Shown here: one piece after another, positions 19,002 to 29,137 of the stretch
Layout of the letters: every line of letters begins with the position of its first letter
Numbering within the stretch: the stretch's first letter is position 1
Source: a virus
DNA length: 64,000 bases
Virus record (IMG/VR): IMGVR_UViG_3300045988_080614
Direction: 5' to 3' (one strand)
Position numbers and translations under genes: made by a program
The notes under the pieces: generated by a model
Told to the model about the DNA's origin: nothing
Seen by the model: the letters and a program-made list of their open reading frames with translations, nothing else
The model's database searches: none

Positions 19002-19490
19002 TCATCTTTTAAATTCTAATTTATTAAAATCTAATATATATTTATATGTATTAAAGAAATTAGAACCTAATAAACCATGTACTGTTACACCTTTATTCTG
19101 CTTAAGCCAACTAAATGTATGTTTAATTGTACTACTACAAACAAATGTTTCTTCAAATTTCTTATTATTATAATAAAGACCTAAAATACCCATTTTATCT
19201 GTAGAACATTTACCATTAGCTCCCCATACTTCAAAGTTTTTTCCAATATAGGAAACATTTAATTTATATTTATCTATAATATCAGCATCAAGCATAGATT
19301 GTATACAGCCTGTATCTAATACAAAGTTTAATTTCCTATCTCCAATATAAAAGGTTACTATTGGCATATCACATAATTCCATTGATTGTTTAAAAGACAT
19401 TACATCTTTACTTTTAGTATAGAGAGTGTATACATAATACACTCCCATAACTACTAAAAGAACAATAATCCCAATACCAATATAAATCAT
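19002..19490 (-). CDS. membrane-anchored retropepsin-like aspartic protease
   Basis: N-terminal TM helix IYIGIGIIVLLVVMGVYYVYTL, then FVLDTGCIQSML (D-T-G active-site motif) and a later LLGSNFF flap-type motif. Confidence 0.55.
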   Translation of the reverse strand: MIYIGIGIIVLLVVMGVYYVYTLYTKSKDVMSFKQSMELCDMPIVTFYIGDRKLNFVLDTGCIQSMLDADIIDKYKLNVSYIGKNFEVWGANGKCSTDKMGILGLYYNNKKFEETFVCSSTIKHTFSWLKQNKGVTVHGLLGSNFFNTYKYILDFNKLEFKR

Positions 19491-19970
19491 TTAATTAGTA
19501 GTACCAATACCCCCTCTATTATCATTATTAAGATTATCTACCTTAATAAGCTCTACACCATTACTAAATAACCATTTAAGCTTAGTTAAAATACCCGCAT
19601 TCATCTTAGGCATAATCCTAAATTGACAAATTCTAGTACCCTTTGGAATCTCTGTAGCTTTAAATGCTTTAGCAATATAGTTCCATTCATCTTCATTTCC
19701 CTTATAGGACTCATCAATAACTCCCTGGGAATTAGCAAGTTCAATATTCCACTTATTAGGTGTAGAACTTCTAGGAAGTATATAAGCTTCAAATCCTTTA
19801 GGAAGTTCCATAGCAATACCTAGAGGAAGATATTTAATCTTTCTAGATTGTACTTCTGGACCTGTAAATCTTACATCTTCTGCAAGCTTTAAATCAATCC
19901 AATCACCCTGTTCAATAATTTCTGGCATACAGCCTTCAGTAATCTCCTTAACTTTAATCTTTAATTTCAT
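19491..19970 (-). CDS. dut: dUTPase
   Basis: ILPRSST (motif 2), GVIDESYKGNEDEW (motif 3), RICQFRI (motif 4). Confidence 0.85.
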   Translation of the reverse strand: MKLKIKVKEITEGCMPEIIEQGDWIDLKLAEDVRFTGPEVQSRKIKYLPLGIAMELPKGFEAYILPRSSTPNKWNIELANSQGVIDESYKGNEDEWNYIAKAFKATEIPKGTRICQFRIMPKMNAGILTKLKWLFSNGVELIKVDNLNNDNRGGIGTTN

Positions 19971-19981
19971 TCTTTTTTAAT

Positions 19982-20164
19982 TTAAAATATTAAACTATTA
20001 TACATAACTCTTTCATATTGAGCTTTAAATCCTTCTTTTTGTCCAAGAGTTAAATTCCTAAACCATAAAGCAACATAATCTCTATACTTAGGATGATTAT
20101 CCTTAATAAAAGATTGTATTAACCAATCTTCAAAATCTATATCATAATAAATATTAGTACTCAT
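19982..20164 (-). CDS. hypothetical protein (60 aa)
   Basis: ORF with ATG start, overlapping the nrdG stop. Confidence 0.5.
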   Translation of the reverse strand: MSTNIYYDIDFEDWLIQSFIKDNHPKYRDYVALWFRNLTLGQKEGFKAQYERVMYNSLIF

Positions 20165-20652
20165 TTCTGTAATTTATAAGTTATATCAGTAAAGACAGTT
20201 TCATAATCTGTAAACTTTCCTTCTGTTCTTACTTCTTTAAGACTATATAATCTCTGATTAGTAGTCTTTGAATCTAAACCTCCTAAATTAGATATATAGG
20301 AACCTACTTTAAGATAATCTAAAAAATTGAGAAAATATCCATAATCTTTTATTATATTAATAATATCTGTACCTACATACATAGCTGTTTTAAGATTATT
20401 CTTAGACATCTTAATATAAGACCATAACATAGGTATATTTTCAGCATTACCCATAAAACATATACAAGTAATACCTTTATTACTATTAATAAGTCTATTT
20501 AATTCTTCTATATCTAACTCTTTACCTTCATCTTTCCAAAGATTTTTCTGATTACAGTCTTTACAATGAACTTTACATCCAGATATAGCAATACATAAAG
20601 TGATTTCATCAGGAATTTCTTGAAATGTTACTTTTGCATATTGATACTTCAT
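20161..20652 (-). CDS. nrdG: anaerobic ribonucleotide reductase activating protein (radical SAM)
   Basis: GCKVHCKDC is a C-x3-C-x2-C radical-SAM cluster motif. Small size and linkage to nrdD. Confidence 0.7.
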   Translation of the reverse strand: MKYQYAKVTFQEIPDEITLCIAISGCKVHCKDCNQKNLWKDEGKELDIEELNRLINSNKGITCICFMGNAENIPMLWSYIKMSKNNLKTAMYVGTDIINIIKDYGYFLNFLDYLKVGSYISNLGGLDSKTTNQRLYSLKEVRTEGKFTDYETVFTDITYKLQK

Positions 20653-21023
20653 TATTCATACCATTTAGGATTTAATTGCTCAAATCCATATTTAACTAAC
20701 TCTTTAAAATTATCCCAAGTATCTAATTGTAGAGGTCTGTCTCCTATAAATTCAAAATTATAGCATTCTTCTTGATAATCATATCTAAAAGTAGCTAATA
20801 CTATACATAATTCTTTACTTTTAAATAAATCCTTATGTATTCTACAACCAGTATTCTTAGGATAACAATAAAATTCATGATTTAGTTTTATGTATTCATT
20901 TTCCTTACCATAATAAAGATTAGGATACCATTTAACTATATCATAAGATACAAAAGGAGGCTTGTTACCTACATAACTAGCCTCCCTAAATTCTAATACA
21001 CCTATTCTTTTAGATTGTATCAT
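20652..21023 (-). CDS. hypothetical protein (123 aa)
   Basis: ORF sharing 1 nt with the nrdG start. Confidence 0.65.
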   Translation of the reverse strand: MIQSKRIGVLEFREASYVGNKPPFVSYDIVKWYPNLYYGKENEYIKLNHEFYCYPKNTGCRIHKDLFKSKELCIVLATFRYDYQEECYNFEFIGDRPLQLDTWDNFKELVKYGFEQLNPKWYE

Positions 21024-21276
21024 GATTAATTATTTTATTTATAGTAGCATAAGATTGATTTCCTACAAGTCTATTATATTCTTGGTCTTCACTTAAAAAG
21101 ATTAAAGTAGGAATACTTCTTATATTATATTTTCTTACTAAATCCTGATTATTGTCTTCCTCAATATCAATACTCTTCATATCTGTTTTATATTCTTTAG
21201 TAATTCTTTCTAAAGTAGCAGATAAAGCTTTACATTGAGGACAACTATCAGATTCAAATTTTAATATCTTAATCAT
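21010..21276 (-). CDS. thioredoxin/glutaredoxin-like protein
   Basis: SCPQCK (C-x-x-C) near the N-terminus of an 88-aa protein adjacent to nrdD. Confidence 0.55.
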   Translation of the reverse strand: MIKILKFESDSCPQCKALSATLERITKEYKTDMKSIDIEEDNNQDLVRKYNIRSIPTLIFLSEDQEYNRLVGNQSYATINKIINHDTI

Positions 21277-21279
21277 TAT

Positions 21280-22547
21280 TTACACATTAATATTTTTATT
21301 ATATACTCTAGTTCCTGCTTCTATTTGTCTATCCACACTAAATAGTTTAATAGGTCTTAAATACCCAATTATCCTTGTATATTGAGATATATTTTTACTA
21401 TGACATTTAGGACATTCTACTATAGGATGCTTAGTAATATAACCACAATCTTCACATTTACTATTAGGTATATTAAAAGTAAAATATGAAGTACCTTCTT
21501 TAATAGCATAATCTATCAATTTTAGATATTGTTCTTTACTTAAATGCTCTTCTAAATTAATATGGCAAGCAGAACCTCCATCTGTATATTGATAAGTAGA
21601 ATTTCCATGTAAATACATCTTATCTAATACACTTATATTAGTATCATTCTGTAAGAAGAAATAAGAATTATATAGATTTCTATTAGAAGGAACAAAATAT
21701 CCATCTTTTTTATCCCAATTATAATTTTTACTAGCAAGAGACTCTGCTGGAACTACTTCGCTATTAAATAAGAATGGTCTTTTCTTATCATTAATTGAAT
21801 GTAAAGCATTTTGCTCCTTTATAGTAGAGAGAATAAGCTGAAGGAATTCAATATAATCTTTATTATTATTTACTTTAAGACCTAAGAACTCAGCAGCCTC
21901 ATTAAGACCATTAATTCCTATAGTAGAATAAAGCTTCTTAATATGAATATAACCAGCATTACAACAAGTAAACATTCCTGCATCTTCCCAATCATATAAT
22001 ATTGTTTTATATGCAATATGATACTTGTATACTCTTTCAAGAATATTAGTAATATATATATTTAAACTATTTCTATTAACCTCTACCTTAATATCTGGTA
22101 TTCCTTCATTTTTCCAATCTCCAACCCAGTCTTGAACAATTCTATTAATATTAAGAGTAATTACATTACAAGAGCCTGTCATAATACCTGTCAATCCTGA
22201 TGTAGGACTAAATGTATTTTTATCTACTTGATTTCTTAACCTGCAACATGAAGCTAAACTATCAGCACTATCACTAATATAAGTAAAGAAACTATGTTTT
22301 TCAGCATACATTTCTGCACATAAATCTTTATATTCTTTATCAATAATATTTTTACCATTATGTACCATTGCAAATGTTTCCACAGGAAAAGCTACTATTG
22401 CTTTTGTTCTAAGTTTATTAAACCATTTCATAAACAATCTTTGCAAAGTATCTATTGCTTTCCATTCTGGTTTAGTACCATCAGGATAATAGAATTCTCC
22501 AAACATTGCTTCAAAATAAGTTTTATCAAAATATGAAATATTTGTAA
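21280..22547 (-). CDS. nrdD: anaerobic ribonucleoside-triphosphate reductase NrdD, exon 2
   Basis: The frame is open upstream of the track ATG through ...VTNISYFDKTYFEAMFGEF. C-terminal Zn ribbon CEDCGY..CPKC and glycyl-radical motif TRIIGYL. Joining to exon 1 gives ...YQSPF-TNISYFD. Confidence 0.8.
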
Positions 22548-22768
22548 CATTTTGTTCACATAGAGTCGTTAATTCTATGCAGTTCTCTTATGAACTTCTT
22601 ATAATTTCTTATAAGCTCAGACTATATCATTACTTATATAAGTAATCCCCGCTTCCACTCACTTGAGTGTACTCCATAAAGGATAGTCGTTGAACCTTAC
22701 CAAAATAAATTGGTCTTGGCTGCTGATTACCATATCAAATGACTTAGGGTTCCAGCAATTCAAGGATT

Positions 22769-23473
22769 TTATAGTCCACCTACTTTGCCATGTATTTTAT
22801 GGTGACATATAGAACATACAGTTATTAAATTATTAGGATTGTTTAATTCTTTATCTTTAGTAGCAATTTCATACAATTTATCTATGTCTTCTATTGGAGA
22901 TAATGGATAATTTTGTACTATAATTCTATCTAATATTACTTTAAAAGGGATTAAATGATGTACTTGTAGATTATCTTTACTTCCACAAATTATACATTTA
23001 TTTTTATCTCTATTAAGTATTTCCTTTTTTAAAGAATTATTACTACAATATTCTCGAAGTCTTTGAGATAATGTAGTTATACCACCCTTCCAATTAGGAT
23101 GATTATTACCTACCATTAATCCTATTTTACTTTCAGAATTGTTTCTAATTTTTATTCCTAAATTCTTTAAAACTCTATCAATAACACAAGGGTCACAATT
23201 ATATCTAAGACCAAGTTCTTTCTTTGAAAGTCCTTCTTTTAAATATAATCTTTCCATAACTTCTTTATTAGTAAAATCTTTTGGAATTTCTTTAGACTTA
23301 AAATTCCATTGTGACTCTACTAAAGTTCTCCTTGTAATAGAATGTTTCTTTAATCTTAATAAGATTGTTCTATGTGTAGTCTTAAACTGTTCTGCAATCT
23401 CAGTTAAAGACTTTCCTTGTAAATACAAGTCAATAATAATACTATCATTTAAATCTTTTCTATGTGCTGCCAT
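22769..23473 (-). CDS. intron-encoded HNH homing endonuclease with N-terminal HTH repeats
   Basis: CIICGSKDNLQVHHLIPF ... CSICHHKIH is an HNH motif with Zn-binding Cys pairs. Two HTH-like repeats at the N-terminus. Confidence 0.8.
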   Translation of the reverse strand: MAAHRKDLNDSIIIDLYLQGKSLTEIAEQFKTTHRTILLRLKKHSITRRTLVESQWNFKSKEIPKDFTNKEVMERLYLKEGLSKKELGLRYNCDPCVIDRVLKNLGIKIRNNSESKIGLMVGNNHPNWKGGITTLSQRLREYCSNNSLKKEILNRDKNKCIICGSKDNLQVHHLIPFKVILDRIIVQNYPLSPIEDIDKLYEIATKDKELNNPNNLITVCSICHHKIHGKVGGL

Positions 23474-23493
23474 AAATATAATTATTTAGGCTG

Positions 23494-23525
23494 CAAAGAT
23501 ACAAAATTTATTTGAAAGTACCAAA
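23494..23525 (-). promoter_or_regulatory. Bacteroidota-type promoter inside the nrdD intron, driving the HNH ORF
   Basis: Minus strand reads TTTG(23525-23522)-N20-TATCTTTG(23501-23494), 20 nt upstream of the HNH ATG. Confidence 0.55.
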
Positions 23526-23532
23526 CTTCTTA

Positions 23533-24430
23533 ATGGACTTTGATATGACCTATTACCAGCAGGTTGATTAATACCCCATACAAATTGACTAAAGGCTTTA
23601 TAGATTCTATCTCTTACTGTTCTTTGAATTTTAATATAAGGACTAGTAGCATATAAATCTAGCTTATCATACCATTTATCTCCAAATTCCATAATAGTAT
23701 AATAATTTAAAGCTATAAAATAAGAACCTACTGCTACTGCACCCTTACATTGAGAGGACAATGTAAATATAAGATTAGTTAATTGACCACTAAATGACTC
23801 TAAATCATTAGGTGGAGTAGGAGTTACTCCATCAATATTACCTACACCTTCTAACATTAAAGGATAGAGACTTACTGCCATACAATAGAATTTAGGTACA
23901 GGAGTACTTGCTTCATCATTAGTATAAATAATATGATTATTTAAATCTTTTTCATATTGCTTTGCTAATTCAGGAAATAATTCATTAAGTTTATCCTTCA
24001 TTCTTTGTCTTTGAATAAGCCTATTTTCATCTTTATATACTTCTGCTTCAAGAGATGCTACATTTTTAATAGCAGTATTAGCATTAGGGTCTGTATTACT
24101 AGAAGTTGCTGCATTTTCTTGGTTATTCTTATATTCTTCCATATAATGTAACCTCTTAATTCTAGTTCTAGCTTCCTTATGTTTTTCTCTATAAAGAATA
24201 TAAGATTTAGCAATATTAGGATAATTACCCATAAGATAATATTCTACTGTATCTTGAATACTTTCAGTATTAATATTATCAGTAGTAAAGGCATTAGCAA
24301 ATTCTTTAAACTCATTCTCATTAAATTTGTCTTCTTCCTTACAGGACTCAAAAGCCTTCCTAATAGCATTTACTATTTTATTTGAATCCCATTTAACTTT
24401 ACTACCATCTCTTTTTATTACATATGTCAT
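23533..24430 (-). CDS. nrdD: NrdD, exon 1 (ATP-cone and N-terminal catalytic part)
   Basis: MTYVIKRDGSKVKWDSNKIVNAIRKAF is an ATP-cone start. It ends ...INQPAGNRSYQSP + T. The track ORF tail LRSLVLSNKFCIFAA is read-through into the intron. Confidence 0.8.
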
Positions 24431-24449
24431 ATATTATTTTAATTAAACA

Positions 24450-25514
24450 TTATTCCATTTTATCTATCCAAGTTCTCAAATCATTAGAACTTTCAATATT
24501 TATTCCCATAGGAACTGTGGCTCCTGTAGAGAGATAATACCAAAGTTCTTTACCTACTTCCCAAGGTGCTTCAAGTTTAATTTGATTATTTTTACCAAGA
24601 TATAATGTACCTTCTACAAAAGTAAAATCACAATCCCATACAAGTGGAATCATATTAGACTTAGAAATTACTATATCTTTATAAGGTAAAATTGTGAAGT
24701 CTTTAAAGTATTCATCCTTTTCAATATTAAGTTTAAGAATTCTTGCATATAATCTACATTGATATGCATAATTCCACTCTATAAATGACTTATAGAAATT
24801 ATATGTAGGTTTATATGATGTCTTTACATCTACAGGTTGAATAGTTTTATTCTTATAATCTACTCTAAGAATATCAAACATGCATCTATAAGGAACACCA
24901 TCTATTTCTGCTTTAAACTTTAATTGATAAAGATTTTCACAATCATCAAAAGGATTATTCTTCTTAAAATATAATGCAGTTTGAGAACTTTCAATAAGAG
25001 CATTAGCCATCTGATGTGCTATATTATTAAGCTCTGTACTTATTAAGATTTTATCTTTAGCTAGGTACAATAAATTATAGTAATCAGATGCTCTTTCCTT
25101 AATTACTTTTGCTCTAGTTTCTGGTTTCCAATTTAACTGAAATCCATTAATATTTGTAGAATCTATAATAAGATTATCTGGTATCTTATACAATGAATCA
25201 TAAGTACTTGAATAACTATTAAATAAAGATTTTACAATAGTTTCTACTTTATCAGTAATAGGAGGAAATTCTGCTACTAAATACCTTCTTTCATATTCTT
25301 CAGGAGGGTCAGTAGTTAAACAATCTACTAAAGAACCTAACAATAAAGAAGGACTTTCAACCTTATCAAACAATGTATCTAAATGTTCAAATCCTTCTCT
25401 CTTAAATTTAGATATAGTAGAATAACTAAGAGCTTTATCAGCTCTATAATTTTCCTCAGAAGTTATCCATGATATATCATAAAGACTCTTCTTTCCATTT
25501 CCATTTATATCCAT
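24450..25514 (-). CDS. PD-(D/E)XK family nuclease (Cas4/RecB-like exonuclease)
   Basis: MFDILRVD...QPVDVKTSYKP is a D...D-x-K nuclease core. The track start at 25550 is TTG; ATG candidates are at 25544 and 25514. The 5' end overlaps the HNH gene. Confidence 0.45.
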   Translation of the reverse strand: MDINGNGKKSLYDISWITSEENYRADKALSYSTISKFKREGFEHLDTLFDKVESPSLLLGSLVDCLTTDPPEEYERRYLVAEFPPITDKVETIVKSLFNSYSSTYDSLYKIPDNLIIDSTNINGFQLNWKPETRAKVIKERASDYYNLLYLAKDKILISTELNNIAHQMANALIESSQTALYFKKNNPFDDCENLYQLKFKAEIDGVPYRCMFDILRVDYKNKTIQPVDVKTSYKPTYNFYKSFIEWNYAYQCRLYARILKLNIEKDEYFKDFTILPYKDIVISKSNMIPLVWDCDFTFVEGTLYLGKNNQIKLEAPWEVGKELWYYLSTGATVPMGINIESSNDLRTWIDKME

Positions 25515-26064
25515 AACAAGTTTTTCTTTTATTATTACATACATCTCCAATATGTCCAGTCATAGCTGGTTTATAATTAAAGCCTAAAGAAATTAAAGCA
25601 TCTTTACATGATGGAAATTCTGCAATTATTTTATTTGTTACAATATCTATTTGTAATACTGGTTTAAATCTTTTATAAATTGTATTTAAATTTTGACAAT
25701 TTTTAGATTGTGTAACACATCTAAGATTGTTTATATTATTATTAGAAGTATTACCATCAATATGATCAATAACCATATTCTTAGGTATATTTCCTTTATA
25801 TGTAATATAAACTAATCTATGAACTCTATAATCTTTTTTAATTCCATTATGTGTTAAATTAACATACCAATATCTTTGCTTAAAGAACTGCTTCAAAATT
25901 CTTTCCTTATAACATCTTTGAGATTTATTATCTGTTCCATAATGACTATTTAAAACAGATAAGTTTCCTTCTCTTATTTTAGGAAGGGCTTTAACAACTC
26001 CATTTCTACTTATAGCATAGTCTTCTAAGCCTGGAATAATTTTAAAATTTATATTCATTTCCAT
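25477..26064 (-). CDS. free-standing HNH homing endonuclease (NUMOD4 + HNH_3 type)
   Basis: IPGLEDYAISRNGVV (NUMOD4-like), IDHIDGNTSNNNINNLRCVTQSKN (HNH), and C-terminal GYKWKWK. Confidence 0.75.
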   Translation of the reverse strand: MEMNINFKIIPGLEDYAISRNGVVKALPKIREGNLSVLNSHYGTDNKSQRCYKERILKQFFKQRYWYVNLTHNGIKKDYRVHRLVYITYKGNIPKNMVIDHIDGNTSNNNINNLRCVTQSKNCQNLNTIYKRFKPVLQIDIVTNKIIAEFPSCKDALISLGFNYKPAMTGHIGDVCNNKRKTCYGYKWKWKEESL

Positions 26065-26066
26065 TT

Positions 26067-26570
26067 TTAAGACTTTTCAGCATATTCTTTAAATATTTCT
26101 ATAGCTTGTAAAAGCTGTTTTTTACTATAAACTTCAAAATAAATACTCTTTTGTTCTGTAGCAGTAAGAATATTATCAAGGTATTTCCTAAATAGTTTTC
26201 TTTTATATGGGAAAACTTCATTTGAGAATCCCTTACATTCTATCCATACATCTATATCTTTATACTTAAGATATATGTCAGGTAAATATGTAATAGGCTG
26301 TATAAGTCCATCACATAATCTAAGTAATTTAGGTGAAGGTTTACCTGACTCTTTTACTCTCTTTTCATGTTGAGAATCTGTTTCTTTATCATAAAAAGGA
26401 GTAATAGGTTTAAATGAAGGAAATACTACATGTTTCTTAGGTTCATATAGAGGATTAAAACCTGCCTCAATTAATGTATTGAAACAGGTTTTTTCCAATA
26501 TACTTTTAAAGGTAATATTACCTTGTTTATTTACAGTAGCATTCCTAATCTTCTTATTGACATTTGCCAC
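26067..26570 (-). CDS. PD-(D/E)XK endonuclease (DUF1064 / resolvase-like)
   Basis: YLPDIYLKYKDIDVWIECKGF is a D...E-x-K motif. The start codon is GTG (cac at 26568-26570) and there is no in-frame ATG nearby. Confidence 0.45.
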   Translation of the reverse strand: MANVNKKIRNATVNKQGNITFKSILEKTCFNTLIEAGFNPLYEPKKHVVFPSFKPITPFYDKETDSQHEKRVKESGKPSPKLLRLCDGLIQPITYLPDIYLKYKDIDVWIECKGFSNEVFPYKRKLFRKYLDNILTATEQKSIYFEVYSKKQLLQAIEIFKEYAEKS

Positions 26571-26874
26571 TAATAATACCAGTTAAAATATTAAGAAACT
26601 CCTTAAATTCTTCCTTATTATTAAGATTAATTACCTTAACATTAGGTTCTTTTGGCATAGGACCTCTTTTACCATGTGTTCTATATATACTCTTCTGTAC
26701 AGGAACAACTACTTTAGCTTCAATAGAATCTCTTTTAATCAAATCGTCAATAGTAGCTTCATCTACAGAACTATTACATTCAAATTGTACACCATTACTA
26801 CAAGTAATAATCTGAGTAATCTTATCTCCTAACTTAATCTCCTGATTAGTACCTTTAAAATAATACTTTTTCAT
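26554..26874 (-). CDS. hypothetical protein (106 aa)
   Basis: ORF with ATG start, overlapping both neighbours. Confidence 0.6.
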   Translation of the reverse strand: MKKYYFKGTNQEIKLGDKITQIITCSNGVQFECNSSVDEATIDDLIKRDSIEAKVVVPVQKSIYRTHGKRGPMPKEPNVKVINLNNKEEFKEFLNILTGIISGKCQ

Positions 26875-27524
26875 CTTTTAAATTTTATTTTATTGTTTAA
26901 ATGATTATTTATTTCATCCCACAAATTATATCTAAGTTTCTTATGATTCCTAGCATAATATGAAGGATGTTTTTCTTTAATTACATAATTATATTGAGAG
27001 ATATAAGGTTCAAAAGTTTTAGCTTCTTCACCAAATAATACATATACACAAGCAGTCATATATCTAGACATATTATATATTAGTTTAGATATAAAAGGTC
27101 TCCATAGTCCTAAATGAGAACTAGGGAGACCTACCTTACATGTTAATGCACAATTCAACATTAATACTCCTTGCTTCTCCCAATCTTCAAAACTGGGGTC
27201 AAAGATACTACTATTTTGTGGAATTTCATAATTGATAACTGATTCTTTTATAACTTGTAAGGATGGTGATAAATCTTTATCAAGTGTTTTTATATTGTTA
27301 CCAAAAGCAATTCCAGTAGCCTTACCTAATTGTGGATAAGGACTTAAACCTAATATAACTACCTTTAATTCAGATAATTTACAAGCTTTAAAACAATTAA
27401 AGATGTCATTATAATTAGGACATAAATTAACAGTATTGCTAGAATTAAGTGTATTAATTGTCTCATATAATATTTTCTTATCTATTACTTTTAACCAATC
27501 TCCAAAATATTCCTCTAAAGACAT
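26871..27524 (-). CDS. uracil-DNA glycosylase
   Basis: VVILGLSPYPQLGKATGIAFG (compare GQDPYH...G-x-A-x-G), GVLMLNCALT (compare GVLLLNTVLT), and EKHPSYYA (compare HPSPLS). Confidence 0.7.
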   Translation of the reverse strand: MSLEEYFGDWLKVIDKKILYETINTLNSSNTVNLCPNYNDIFNCFKACKLSELKVVILGLSPYPQLGKATGIAFGNNIKTLDKDLSPSLQVIKESVINYEIPQNSSIFDPSFEDWEKQGVLMLNCALTCKVGLPSSHLGLWRPFISKLIYNMSRYMTACVYVLFGEEAKTFEPYISQYNYVIKEKHPSYYARNHKKLRYNLWDEINNHLNNKIKFKR

Positions 27525-28183
27525 AATTTATCTATATTATCTACAAGAAGCTGTTGTATTTCCTCATTAACATTAATATTGGTAGGAGCCTTAACATGTC
27601 TTATAAACTTATCAATATCATTATTAATGATAACTGTCATAGTAGTAAAACCACTTATTATAGAAAAATATCTAGAAACAGTACTACAATATTCAATAAG
27701 ATACTTTTGAATACCTTTACATACAACATTATCACTATTGAAAACTTTAGGACTTACTCTAAGTATAAGCTCTGTGGTAGCTGATGTTCTTCTAGGAGGT
27801 CTAATAGTAGATAATACTAATGGTTCTAAATTACTATTAAGTATTAAACCTCTCATTCCATAATAAAGATTACCATCTTTATCTCGAATTTTATTTAATT
27901 CTCCTGCTTCTCTAATTAAACTTAACTCTTTTAAAAGAGGACCAAAAGTTTTTCTTTCATTTATACTAGTAGAAGAAGAAGTAAATAGTGGAATTATTCC
28001 TCTCAAAGATAAAGAATTATAAATAGGAATCTCTGTAACCTCACCATTAAATATATGATTTGTCATATATATAGAGAATTGGTTATTCTCTGTTCCTAAT
28101 AAAGGTATATTTGTTGAACGGAGAGAGGCTGACGTAACACCAAGAAAGATATTTATATTATTTTTAATATTTTCACTTATCAT
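27515..28183 (-). CDS. hypothetical protein (222 aa), translationally coupled to the E1-like gene
   Basis: The ATG overlaps the E1-like stop (ATGA at 28183). No motif recognised. Confidence 0.65.
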   Translation of the reverse strand: MISENIKNNINIFLGVTSASLRSTNIPLLGTENNQFSIYMTNHIFNGEVTEIPIYNSLSLRGIIPLFTSSSTSINERKTFGPLLKELSLIREAGELNKIRDKDGNLYYGMRGLILNSNLEPLVLSTIRPPRRTSATTELILRVSPKVFNSDNVVCKGIQKYLIEYCSTVSRYFSIISGFTTMTVIINNDIDKFIRHVKAPTNINVNEEIQQLLVDNIDKLCL

Positions 28184-29133
28184 TAATCTTCTTCTTTTAA
28201 GTACATCATATTACAATCATATTCTATAAAGAAAGGTAATTGCTTTATCATAGGAACAATTTCATTAGCACAGAAATTAACTACATTATTTACAATAAAA
28301 GAAGCTATCATACAAGCCATAAAAGTAGTTTGTTTTAAACTACATACAGTTTCATCTGCTTCTTCATCAGAAAATAAGAATTCTTTTTCATATCTATCCT
28401 GATTATATGTATCTGTACCTACAATAGTGAGTATTTGTAAAGTATCAAATGACAATCTGGCATCAATATATAGACATTTAGATTTATCTTTCTGTAATTC
28501 TACATGTTTTCTCCAGTTATTAAAGAATACCTTTCTAGCTTCCATATTATCAAAACCACAAATCATAATATCAGAAGTAAAACTATTCCTAGTATATAAT
28601 TCTCGCATAGCAAATATATCAGTATATTTACTATAATAGCTAACAGTTTCTGCTATGGCATCCACTTTATATTTATCTATATCCTTGATACCAAACATTT
28701 GTCCAGCAAGATTAACTTCCTCAACTTTATCATTATCAAAGATATAGATACTCTTAGGATGTATTCTAGCTAATTGAAATATAGCATTTGAAGAAATACC
28801 TCCTGCACCTCCTACAATAATAACTTTCTCTTTAATTTTATTAAACCATTCTGCTCCTGAAAATCTAGCAGTTTCATCATGATAATCTTCACTTATAGGA
28901 GGAATTTCCTGATGTTGATTTTTAATAACTTCATTCAAAAAAGCTTCATCTTCTTCTGATAATATAGATTCTGATTCTTCTTCTACTACTTCTTCAGGTC
29001 CTAATATTGATGTTGTTTCTCTGTCGGTTATCTCTAAAGGAGCAATAGCAACTTCTGGAACATTAACTGTAGTATTTACTATTTGTTCCATATTAACCTC
29101 CAAAGGTGGAGTTATAGTTGATTCTTCATTCAT
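28183..29133 (-). CDS. ThiF/MoeB/E1-like adenylyltransferase with an acidic N-terminal extension
   Basis: KVIIVGGAGGISSNAIFQLARI is a Rossmann G-x-G-G-x-G motif. IFDNDKVEEVNLAGQ resembles the ThiF D-x-D-x-V-x-x-S-N-L-x-R-Q block. Confidence 0.7.
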   Translation of the reverse strand: MNEESTITPPLEVNMEQIVNTTVNVPEVAIAPLEITDRETTSILGPEEVVEEESESILSEEDEAFLNEVIKNQHQEIPPISEDYHDETARFSGAEWFNKIKEKVIIVGGAGGISSNAIFQLARIHPKSIYIFDNDKVEEVNLAGQMFGIKDIDKYKVDAIAETVSYYSKYTDIFAMRELYTRNSFTSDIMICGFDNMEARKVFFNNWRKHVELQKDKSKCLYIDARLSFDTLQILTIVGTDTYNQDRYEKEFLFSDEEADETVCSLKQTTFMACMIASFIVNNVVNFCANEIVPMIKQLPFFIEYDCNMMYLKEED

Positions 29134-29137
29134 AATT

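Larger units (their letters stand above)
22548..23532 (-). mobile_element. group I intron in nrdD (985 nt) carrying an HNH endonuclease ORF in the P1 loop
   Basis: Exon 1 ends ...AGTCCAT (U at -1) and the intron starts with an in-frame TAA. The guide sequence GTGGACT (22779-22773) pairs with AGUCCAU, giving a U-G pair at the splice site. The intron ends in G (22548). Core blocks GAATTGCTGGAA, AATCAGCAGCCAAG, GGTTCAACGACTA and GATATAGTCTGA are shared with the second intron. Confidence 0.8.

Noticed and set aside
23486-23532. C-terminal tail ...LRSLVLSNKFCIFAA of track ORF 23486..24430
   Set aside because: It is read-through into the group I intron. The conserved NrdD sequence continues in exon 2 (TNISYFD) after splicing.
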